Positions 37,701 through 49,475 of a stretch of 64,000 bases of DNA are shown here, one piece after another. The first letter of the stretch is position 1. Each line of letters begins with the position of its first letter. A model generated the notes under the pieces. That model was not told where the DNA came from. It worked only from the letters and a program-made list of their open reading frames with translations, and searched no databases. A program made the position numbers and the translations under genes. The stretch comes from Saccostrea cucullata (lineage: Eukaryota), in the NCBI RefSeq assembly GCF_032062105.1, contig NW_026919274.1, positions 1,054,001 to 1,118,000 of the forward strand, written 5' to 3'.

Positions 37701-37808
37701 AAGTAAAATACTTACCAAATTCAGTGGGTACAATAAAGTCTTTGCTACCCATATCACGTTCATTATTTTGTTTAGTTTTATCCTCTGTCTCATTAGACAT
37801 GTTCACAG
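31757..37808 (-). CDS. Gene D: single-pass membrane protein with short ectodomain and tyrosine-motif tail; paralogue 3
   Basis: Exons 37716-37808 (ATG at 37800, MSNETEDK..PTEF), TM 37370-37460 (GAGLITTICLSALVMVNLIFTFFFYRAWKKR) and terminal 31757-32069 (QEVRRRQS..DRLKTLTTLFSLHSNDVNRTVSRLKAIETGVR*). 162 aa from ATG 37800; upstream exons are uncertain. Confidence 0.8.
32330..36240 (+). mobile_element. Penelope-like (Naiad-type) RT fragment split by ~2.7 kb of nested insertions
   Basis: 32698-32790 reads GIALGTNCAPL*ADLFLYSYEAEFVENL. Translation resumes at ~35513 with AVAFNSTFRYIDDVLSINN..YLDI..LYDKRDDFNF..YGVYISQLIRYARAC, ending at 36044 with no C-terminal GIY-YIG. The 3' tail runs 36085-36230. 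Confidence 0.75.
33535..33655. repeat. Long hairpin within the nested insertion
   Basis: atttagagtac..ttcctactgtatcggagatacagg / cctgtatctccgaaacaataggaa..gtattctaaat. Confidence 0.6.
36240..36760. repeat. Degenerate ~160-bp satellite-like units (HINE-type)
   Basis: Motif atgt(a/t)ggaggag..ggaacca recurs at ~36320, 36486 and 36635. Confidence 0.5.
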
Positions 37809-40800
37809 CTGTAGTTAAATAAATCTAAACTAAACCCGCTCTGTTCATACTTCCTCTTGTATTTTCATTTCTTGTCACGTTTTAATTTTTGCATTCTTTC
37901 CTATTAAATATGATCATGTTACTATGCAATTCTCCTTCTTTTACTTAATCTTAATTGGCTACATAAATTCACTGTTTACCATGTCGACCGAATTTATTTG
38001 TTACCGTATTTATATAAGGTATACCAAATATTATATTACATCTGTAATATTTATGATTCTCTCCTTTGAATCAACATTTCGATGACATAACTCGATCGAG
38101 AGAGTACAATTAAAGAACTAAAAACAAATCGCCTCAGGGTTTTCCCAAATGGTCGTCTTAAACATACTTGTATTTCAAGGAATAAAATTAGTCGACGTAG
38201 CAATTACTGTATATTCCAAGACAGACTTTCAAAGTCGAACCGTGTATTGGCAGAAAAGACATGCACTTTGAAAAACTCAATTAATTAAGAGCAGCATGAA
38301 TGTTTGCTAGTTCACATCCTCCAGCTAGGACTTTTGTTTTAAAGAAAAAATTAGGCCTTTTGCTGATGACCAATCACAAGATTGAAAATTTCTGAGCTCC
38401 GTTTTTATTGAAGAAACAGTTGTCTCTATGATACCAGAATGTCGAGATTTTATTTAGGAATTGTTGTATAAAGTATTAAAAGTCGTGCGATTTAATGTTA
38501 TACACATTCAAAATTTTGAGTTTTAACATTCTAAAAGTTCTTTGCAGTTTTTGAGGACGCTTACCTGATTTACACCACTTCTACATTATGACATAGCACA
38601 GTACGTCTGAAATTTCACCTTTAGAGCAACTCAGTTCTTGTAAGGAGTAAAAATGGGGGCTTGGTAGAGCATTTTTTGGACCCAGCAATATGTCTTTGTT
38701 TGGAAGGATTTTTAGGGAGTTTAGGAATCCAGTTAAGGAAGGGTAGACCGAATTCACATTGGTTGACTGGTATATTAAAAGTATTAGATACAAAAATGCT
38801 ATTTTAGAGAATTCCTTGGAAAGTGAACTGTGAGTATATGTTAGATTTCCAGATGTAAAAATTTACCAAAATACAGTTACACTGTATATAGATGCTCCTT
38901 TCAAACAAAGACGACATAGTTTCAAGTCTTGTCTACATTGTTCATGTAGTCTTAAGTTTCTAATTTCTCACCCCTTCCGAGAAAACGGAAGGATAGATGG
39001 TTAGCAAATCGCCTTTTAATTTTCTAGTACAAATCTTTACTTTATCATTATACACACTAAATCAATTATGACGAAGTGTTAAAGTCTTCCTTTTTAATTT
39101 TTAGCCCAACATTTGGTCTGATATTTTGCTTTGACAGAATTCATAATGGAAATGTTCTGTCGGCAAATTGAAAGATCGGGCCGTTTACAATATTTTTTAA
39201 GTATTCATTTTGAACTAAATTATCCTCACAAGAAAAGACGTGTCTAATGTGAAAGATTCGTCTATTTAGCCTATTAAACCTATTACAAGTACCACGAATT
39301 CAAATACAGACAAAACGAGGGATCTAATAGGAGGGACTTAAATCAAATTAAATGGTAGACATCAAATAAGACTCTTGCACCAAAGAAACACGCAAAATAT
39401 CAAGGTTCTTAATCAGTATGATAAGGAAATGATAGTGGATGATTGAATTTCTGCTTTAAAAATTATAACATTTGTTTAAGATTATGCAATAGGTTATAAA
39501 TCACGTATCACACTGTTGTATGTTTATAATATTGGTGTAAAGAAGTTAAAAGAAAACATTTTGTGTAATTTTTAGTAAAGAACAAAACCTTATGCACTGT
39601 ATTTTCTCCTAACTTGTCAATGACAATACCTCCTTTGGGCAAATCTTAGAGTTCAACCTTCAAAGAAATTCTGCAAGATGCTAAGTGGATCACCTCTGAA
39701 ATATATGTAACATGTAAGATGTTCACATTACTAGCTCTTTTTCTTTTAGTTACTTCAAACGTGATCAGGGCAGATGGGCTATTTTTAAAAGGTACACATA
39801 TCCATTTCTGCTTGGTGGACTTACTTTAAAAGTACAAGAAAACGGAAATTGTTGCCCAATATTGATAAGGAACTTAATTTTATGTATTGATAACGCCCTG
39901 ATTAAATATTTAAAAATACTACAGCGCGTATCAGAGTATCATAGATAGTAAATCATGAATTGTCAGACTACTTGTAAACACTTTTAATTTACATCATCAA
40001 TTGCAAAGTGCATAATTTCATAAGTGTACAAAAGTACTTGAAAAAAGAAAATGTGTTTGATAACATTTGCAGAATTTCTATGTAATTATTAGAAAAACAA
40101 AGGAAGCATTTTCTCATGTGCTTAAATACCGTTTACTTATATTATCTATTTTGCAAATCATTGTGCTCGTAAACAATTTACCAAATTATAATAGTAAACC
40201 ATTGTAAAATTGTCTCCTCATCCCCACTAATACCAAAGATGCATTAGAGTTGTGCAATTTGCACAAAAATACCAGATATGAAAGTTTTAAATTTTTCTGA
40301 CGATTCGTCTACCTGAACAATACATAAGGCTCCCGTCGGGTGTGACGTTCAACAGGGGATGCTTAGTCCTCCTAGGCACCTGATCCCACCTCTGGAGTCT
40401 CCAAGTGTCAGCAAGTCATGTCCACAGATTTCTATTGTTTTAAAAGATATTTCATATAGATCACTGTTCGTTAAAAAAATTATCTTCATACTTTTTATTA
40501 AAATTCATTGTAAAAATAAGTATAAAATTTATTATTGTATATGCAGGAAAAACAAACTTCTTGAAATACAGTTATCCTTGTCATCTTTTAGTTTGTAGAT
40601 CTGAACCCCCTTACCAAACAGAGATACAGTGACCAGAGCCATTAAATGTCTTATTATTGTATTACCAAAGAAATGACAACACCAAGCCAGGAGGTTTAGT
40701 CTATGAAGGTTAAAGTTAACCGCTAACACATAACTTATATATATTAAATGATTTTATATTGCAGAAGTATATTTTTTAGGTGTTGAGACCATGTAGTTAA

Positions 40801-41424
40801 TAAAACTCTTTTTGAAAATCATTGAATTTATTTATTTTTGTCAATACTCCAAATATTATTGCATGTGTAAAATAAGGACATTTTAAACAACCCAATTCCT
40901 GTAGGGGGCATTACTAGCAGACACAAGCTATTTAAAGATATTTGGATTCCTTCCGTTATTACAACCTGCAATACAATTAATTAGACCAATTTGTTTTAAA
41001 TATACTGTCAGCATACAATTGATATTTTTAGAGATTAACAACATTAAAGTATTTGTTCCTAAATATTATATTAAATTTGTTATATTAAAGAAAGATTTGC
41101 AACTCAAATGTCGTCTTACTCGTATAAATTTTATATATATATAGTATAACACTTTTCTTGGCAATGTAAAATTTGGCGTTTTACCTGCTTAAAGGTATGC
41201 AAATAATTTTGGCGTAATTTATTTTAGCGGACACAGAGTTTCAGCTCTTTGCAGGAGAACACTAAGAAGAGTTCTGAATATTTTAGCGATTAAAATTTTA
41301 GCGGGCTACCATCAAAACGCCAAAATAAGCCAAAATCAACACCTGCTAAAATAACCCTCTATACGGTATCAAGAAATCAACGATATAAATAAACTTATTT
41401 TCATGACGGACGTTCGGTATGATC

Positions 41425-42407
41425 TTTTTATGCGCCCGGATCGATAGATCCAGGGCGTGTATTATTTTTGTCCCGACTGTCTGTCTGTCTATCTGTTTGT
41501 TTGTCTGTCTTTCTGAACTTTCACCTTCATTATAACTTTTGAACCATGAAAGATAGAGGCTTCATATTTAGTATGCATACTCCACTAATTAAGCTCTTTC
41601 AAATGACACCAAGGTCAATGACCTTGTGACCTAAACTGTGGCCTATATGAAAAAATAGCTTTTTTCTGCAAACTTTAACCTTCATCATAACTTTTGAACC
41701 ATGAAAAATAGAGACTTCATATTTGGTATGCATACTCCACTAATCAAGTTCTTTTAAATGACACCAAGGTCAATAACCTTGTGACCTTGACTGTGACCTA
41801 TAAGTTAAAAGTAGCTTTTTTGAAACCTCACTATAACTCTTGAATATCCACCTATATTGTTTTTCTCCTGTCTCGCTGTGTCTGTTTGATTGTTTGTTTT
41901 GAACTTTAATTTACCTTCTCCATAACTTTTGAACCATGAAAGATAGAGACTTCATATTTAGTATGCATATTCCACTAATTAAGCTCTTTCAAATGACTTC
42001 AAGGTCAATGACCTTGTTACCTTCACTGTGGCCTATATGCTAAAAATAGCTTTTTTCTGCAAACTTTAACCTTCACCATAACTTTTGAACCATGAAAGAT
42101 AGAGACTTCAAATTTAGTATGCATACTCCACTAATCAGGTTCATTCAAATGTCACCAGGATCAATGACCTTGTGATCTTGACTGTGACCTATATGCTGAA
42201 AATAGCTTTTTTGAATCCTCATTATAACTTTTAAACCATAAAAGATTGAGATTTCATATTTGGTGCGCATACCCTACTAATTAAGTTGTTTCAAATGACA
42301 CCAAGGTCAATGACCTTGTGACCTTGACTGTGACTTTAATGCTTAAAATAGCTTTTTCCGAAATTTGTTGCTGCCGGGCGCATAGTGTTTCACAAACACA
42401 TCTTGTT
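41425..42407 (+). mobile_element. Complete Helentron/HINE-like element with ~156-bp tandem repeats
   Basis: 11-bp subterminal IR tatgcgcccgg (41429) / ccgggcgcata (42374), (CTGT)n microsatellite at 41477-41510, units ataacttttgaaccatgaa at ~41532, 41688, 41922, 42078 and 42224, and 3' palindrome gtgtttcacaaacac followed by cttgtt. Confidence 0.85.
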
Positions 42408-42912
42408 AATCCTTTTTTACAAATAAAATAAAATGAAAAATAATGGAAAAAATGTCTTATATAACTCATGATTTTTTTTTCAGACAGATTCCTTTATTAG
42501 ACAGAGACAGCTTTAACATACACAAATGACGTTTTTAAAAAATGATAAGGAAAAGTACAAACATCTGTTGATTATTCTATATCTTTTCCTCAGTTCTATA
42601 TATATTTTGGATGAAATCTCCATACTGCCTGCTCTTGTAATTAATGTTTCAAACAAGGACCTTTAACGCATCTCGATCCTGAAAATTGAAATAAAAGCAA
42701 AACAACAACAACAACGAAATATACATTTCTAAAAAAAACAATGAAACTCTGCTTCATAATTCTACCAAGATGCCGATGCTGTAATTGTGAAGTCACTACA
42801 AAGTTAGATGTGATGAAATTCAAGTCCTTTTATACCATAAAATAGTTAAACATAGCTTTCCTTATAGCTCAAGTTAATGAAAAATAAATAAGTTGCAATC
42901 TGTACTCTTTAA

Positions 42913-45900
42913 CTACCGGGTACCACTGAAAACCATATTTACACAAAGAATCAATAATTATATATATATATTATTAAACCTTGATGCAAAAAATTACTTT
43001 TCCTAAGGACAAGATAGAAATAATTTAGTTTCTAGTTTGCCTTTATCACGTTGTTAAAAAATAAATCTGAGATTGCTGTTAAACCTCATGACAAACTTAG
43101 GAGAGAAGCCGTCATCTTTGTGGGTGTAGGTTTCGAAAGAACACAATACGACTTACTTGTCATCCGTGTAGTCACTGTGAGACCAAACATTCCACTCGTA
43201 CTTTCCATTTATCTTCTCTGGCTCTTTCACTGTAACATACAGAGGATTTAAGGTAAATTTTTTAAATACTTTGAAAAAAAGACGAGAGCTTTCAGTAAAA
43301 TTTCTTTTTTGACCATGTTTGCCCGCTACCTTTCTGTCTTGGTGAAGTTTTCTTTTTGCAGCTGTAAAGAAATTCAAGTATTAAGGGCCAAAATCTAAAA
43401 ATAATGTATACATATGTATATTATGCATTTCAGGAAATGTTACTTACCAAACTCTGGACAACAAACCAGGATGACGAAAACACTTGTACAAGAAGTAAAT
43501 CAACAGAACCACCATTAAAGCTGCCAGAAGTACGGCGGGTATGAACCAGGCCAGGTTCTCTGGGTTGTCAAAGAATCCGCCCTTGGAGTTACTTGATCCT
43601 CCGGAACTAGGTGGCGCAGTCGTAGTGGTGGTGGTAGTGGTTGTTGTAGAAGTGGTGGTAGTCGGGTCTATAGGGGGCAGATTTAATCAATGATGGCATA
43701 TAATAAAATCACCTACATAGATATTGACATGTGATGATTTTCTTTTCTACTTTGAATTAACACTGGGTGAAAGTAAAAAGAATTTCAAAACGATTTTTTA
43801 AACTTCGGAGTTCTATGCATTTTATAATACTTATGCAAAAGAACTATATGCGGTATATTGAATATACATGTATTTGCCCCCACAAAAGTAAAATTTTGAA
43901 AACTTCCTGAAATGTGCTGAATTCAATTAATTGTATGAAAAATATAAATTAACAGAACATATTATAGTTCCAAAGTAGTTTATTCACAATTTTTGTTTTT
44001 ATGACGTCACAAACTAGTCCGATTTTATATCCTTTTTTAGAAAGAGGACAAAATGGACAAAATTTCAACAATTTTAGCTTTAAAATTTATAGAACGCAAG
44101 TTTGTTCAGGAACAATATTTATATATTTCATTGATATTATCATTCTACACATAATATCGAAATATTGAGCATGAACACACATGCGCTCGGTGACATTAAC
44201 TCAGAATATCGACTAAATATGTACATTTTCCCATAGAATTCATAAAAACCTAAAATTTACGTCATGTTTGTGACGTCATATCATACATATGACACCATTA
44301 CTTATGAAAATATTTAGTGCTTTGAAGTCAGCATATACCCCTCTGTTTTAGAACATAATTAAATATTTCTCCATCAAAGTCTGATTTGGGGGGCAAATAT
44401 TAGTTATTACCGAATAAAGTTCTTTACAAAAATCAAATGTATTCTAAGTAAAAAAATAACAGAATTGCATTCTTTTCATAGAAAAATACCTGTGATTACA
44501 ATAGTAACTGGAGCTGTATCTTGTAATCCATTTGCGTTAGCTGCAGATAAAGTTAGGTCATATTTGGTGCCCACAGGTACATTGCACAAATCTTGAGCAA
44601 CGTGAATTGTACCATCATTCCCTACCAAAAACCCCGCCCCTGAAGTGAGAGTAAAGGTCACGTCCTTGTGCTCCTGTTTAATATCCTTGTCAGTGGCAGT
44701 TACTTGGCCTGCCGAGGACCCGACTGATGAGCATTGTGAAACGAAGAAGGAGTAGCTCCCTTTGTCTAGAACAGGTGCGTTATCATTTATCTCATTTATT
44801 GTGATGGAGAGTTGAGTCGATATAGTATGTCCGCCTTTGTCCGTTGCCGTGACTGTGCATGTCACTACTTCCTGTTCCTTCCCAACAGAATCAAGGTCGT
44901 ATTCTACAGACTGGGTTATAGAACCTTTTTAAAATAAAAAATCAAAAGGAATGATTTCAATATTGTTGCTGAATAAAGAACCTCAATGTTTATATATGAA
45001 TAAAATTTTAGCAGTTTCTAACTTTCTACACGAAATTGACAATATGCACCTGTATTTGGATCCATACGAAATTTTCCTTGGTTGGTGCCACAGTCCATGG
45101 TAAAAGTTTGAACATCATTGAAATCAGGATCTATAACTTGCGTACCCGTAAAGGGATTGGTCAACACGTTTCCTGACTGAAGTATATTATTTCATTCAAA
45201 AGTATTTTAAACAAAGTTTTGCAACTCAAGCTACATATACTAGTCTGTAGACACAACCACACTGTAAAAATCTTTAAATGGTTTAATGTTTTTATTCTTA
45301 AATCTTTTTTACGGAGTTATATGACTAAAACATTAAATTGTCTGTAATTACACGGATAAAAAGATCCTAAAGTCTTCTGTAAGAAGATTCATTTCGTCAT
45401 TAATTCTTATAAAGAGCTCTATAAAATAAGATTTACCTTTCCTTCTCCTGTTTCTATGGCATATACCGATTTAACAAACCCTGTCTGTTGTTCATTTACA
45501 TCAGTAACAAGTATCGTCATTGTTTGGGGGATAGAACTCTCCCTGCCGTCGTTTGCAGTTACTGTGACGTCATACGTTAGTTGATTAAGTGTTCGAAGAC
45601 TTTCATAGTCAATATTGTCTTTTACAGAAATCACACCAGCTACAAAATGAATACAATATGTTTTACATATCTCATTGTTATGATGATGGTGGTTAAATGC
45701 ATATATTTATTTTATGAACCAGACACACCTTCATCGCCATGAGTATAAAATGAGATAGAAGTGAGTTTGATCTCTTCCTTATAGAATCAAATTCGCAAAA
45801 AATACTAAGGTAAGTATTTTTTTGGAGGGAAAATATTACGTCACTATTATAGAATATTTTTAGTTGATCATATTGAAATACTTATAAGGTTCTTGTATTT

Positions 45901-48900
45901 CATGAGGAGAATGATATTACATATTTATATCTACTTAAAAAATTTATTTCATATTATATTTTGGTGCAAAAAATAGGACAAATAATATCTATATAAATCA
46001 AAATAATTTTTCCAATTTTTTCCAAGTTCTGTTGCTGGTAGTATAGATATGACAAAAAGAGAATTGAGAGTCCTGGATACTGGAAATTTAACACATCTTT
46101 AATTGAAAATGAAACTTTCATCAGTGATATGAAAACTTTTCTCAATGAGCTTAAGTTCGATAGAGAAAACCCAACAAAATCTTGGGAAGACTCAAAGAGA
46201 AATGTAAAGGACTTCTGTATAATCTTCTCCAAGAATCTATCAAAATCTTACAAAAGTAAAATAAACTTTATTCAAGAAGAATTAAATAAAATAGAAGACC
46301 TGCCCTACGAAAAAATTGATATGAATAGAAAAAGAAAATTGGAAAACCAATGAACAGAATTTATTAACAAAAAAGCAAAAGGTGCTCAAGTTAGATCACG
46401 GGCAAACTGGATTGAAAATGGAGAGAAAAACACTTCATATTTCTTAACCTTAGAAAAGAAAAGACAGATATCAAATATAATAAAATCTTTAAATACTGAA
46501 CACGGTACTGTTTTTGATGAAGATGAAATATTGCAATCAACATGTAATTTTTTTGAAAAATTATACACTTCAGAAAATGTAACTGATAATAAGATAGAGG
46601 AATATCTCAATGATTTACAATTAGAATATACTATAAATGATAAGGAAAGAATAGAATTAGATGAATTTCCTTCAATATCCGATTGTAAAGAAGCAGTGTT
46701 TAAAATGAAGAAAAATAAATCCCCAGGACTTGATGGACTACCTTGTGAATTTTATCAAACATTCTGGGAAAATATTTAAGATTTCTATTATCTGACTCTC
46801 AAGGAGATTTTTGTAAAATACCAAATGGCATATACACAAAGGTTATCTTTAATAACTCTTTTATTTAAAAAAGGTGACTCTAAAAATCTGACAAATTATA
46901 GACCTATTAGTCTAACAAATACTGATTATAAAATTATAGCCTTTATCTTAGCTAACAAACTACAAAAAATACTGAATAATGCAATACATATAAATCAATC
47001 AGCATATATAAAAGGGCGCAATATAGCCTTAAATGCAAGATTAATTGTTGATATTTTTGAATACTGTGAAGAAAATAACTTGGATTCAGTATTGTTATTC
47101 CTTGATTTCCAAAAGGCTTTTGACTCTGTAGAATGGAATTTTATGTTGAAAGTTCTTAAAAAAATAATTTTGGAGAAAATTTCTTGAAATGGATCACCAT
47201 TTTATATGATAAGCCTATATTTAGAATAAAAAATAATGGGTGGATATCTAAAACATGTGATATGCACAGAGGTATAAGACAAGGATGTCCTATTTCTGCT
47301 ATTTTATTCCTATTTGTAGTAGAAGTATTAGCCATTGCTATTAGATCAAATCCTAACATAAAGGGTTTTCAAAAACCTGGAATGACTGATATTATAAAGA
47401 TAATACAACATGCAGATGACTAGACACTTCCTTTAAAAGATAAGAAGTCCCTTAAACATTCTTTAGAGGTTATAGAAAAATTCAGTAAAGTATCTGGTTT
47501 GAAACTAAACATGTCTAAAACAGAATGTCTCTTAACAGGTCAATTGAAAAATTTGTATCGACAAATAGAAAATGTTGAAGTTAATAATTCCTGTATAAAA
47601 GCTCTAGGGATATTCATAGGACATGATAAGGAAATATATTACAATAAAAACTGGACAAAAATTGTAGACGACCTAGAAAAACTTTTTGAGTCTTGGAAAA
47701 AAGAAAATTAACAATTCTGGGCAAAGTCTGTGTAATTAATAGTCTAGCAATATCAAAAATTATATATATTGGGTCAATTTTAAACTTTTCCAAAGGAAAA
47801 TACAGTTAAGAAAATACAAAGTCTAATTTTTAATTTTATATGGAATAAAAAAGACAGAATAAAGCGAAACACTCAGATTGGAAGTGTTCAAGAAGGAGGA
47901 ATAGGTATTGTTGATGTACTTTTAAAACTAAAATCCATAAAAGTATCATGGATTAAAAACATACTAAGTAAAACAAACTCCTTATTCCTATTTATTGATA
48001 GTTTGTGTAAAGAGAGAAATTTTGATTTTGAATATCTATGTAAAACAAACGTTATTGATACAAAAGACTATCAAATTATGGAAAACTTTCCCTTGTTTTA
48101 CAAAGAAATGCTAGTATTTTTTGATGAATGTAAAAGAAACAAAAGAGAACTGAATTTGAATGCTTTATTAAAGGAACCACTGTGGTGTAATAATAAAATG
48201 AAGCATAAAAACAAGCCAATATTTTTTTCAAATTGGCTGAAAAGCGGATTTAAATATATTGGTGATATTGTAGACAAAAATGGTATGCAACCCATAGAAT
48301 GGTTTTATGATAAACTTGTATGTAAGAGAAATTGGATTTGTGAATATATGATAATGAAAAATGTGGTTTTGAAAGCTTTTGTAGAATATGAATTTACAAA
48401 TATACAGTATGAAAATATCAAATATGAAATTAATTCATATGATTTATTATACCATCATCAAGTAGCAGTGTTTGATATTACTTCAAAATTGATTTATAAA
48501 ATTCTGTGTCTTGATAAATTTAAACCTCCCTTACATCAGTATTATTATGGAAAATTGTTTGAAATTCCAAAAACTGCTTGGAAATCTATATATGAACAAA
48601 AAATATTAGCAATTGCAGATAGAGGCATATCAGACTTCAATTACAGATTATTAAATAACTTATTATGTAATAGAGAAATGTTGAAGAAATGGAAAATTGT
48701 TGAAAATGAAATGTGTGTTTTTTGTAAAGATGTAAAAGAAAACAATGAACATCTTATTCTAAAATGTCAAAATGTTTCTCATATATGGGATGTTGTTCAG
48801 CAAGTTTTGAAATTTGATATAACATGGAAAAATATTGTTATTGGATTTTATTATGAAAAAAATGAAAAGATATTATTTTTGAATAGCATAATATCCCTGA

Positions 48901-49439
48901 TTGCTTGTAAAATTTACAAATACAAAATGTACTGTAGACTTGAAAACAAAGAAGAAAAGCCTCAAGAAATATGTTATCATATGAAGAGTATATTGAATAT
49001 TTTTACTGAAGTATATAATAAAATTAACCATATGAAATATTATAATGTTATAAAATGTATTAAAGAGAAACTATAATTTATAAACCCATTGTAGAATAAG
49101 CCTGTAGTTCTACGATCTTATCTGGGAGACAATAAATAGACTGTGTTTGAGCTGGAGGTGAGGTCTCCCAGATATATAAGGGTACCTATATACAAGTATA
49201 CATATGATAATCAGCTGTATTTTTTATGACTTTTTTTTCATTAAATTTTGGGATAAAACCTTTACAATCATACATAAGATAATCAGCTGTATTTGTTAAT
49301 GACTTTTCTTCATTTTGATATTTTGTGATAAATTATTCCACATGATTTTACATGACAAATAGAAAGAATGAAATTGTTCAAGTTATAAAATCAAATGCAC
49401 TGTAACATGTATATGATGTTTTGTTTTTCTAAATAAAAT

Positions 49440-49475
<36 letters not shown>

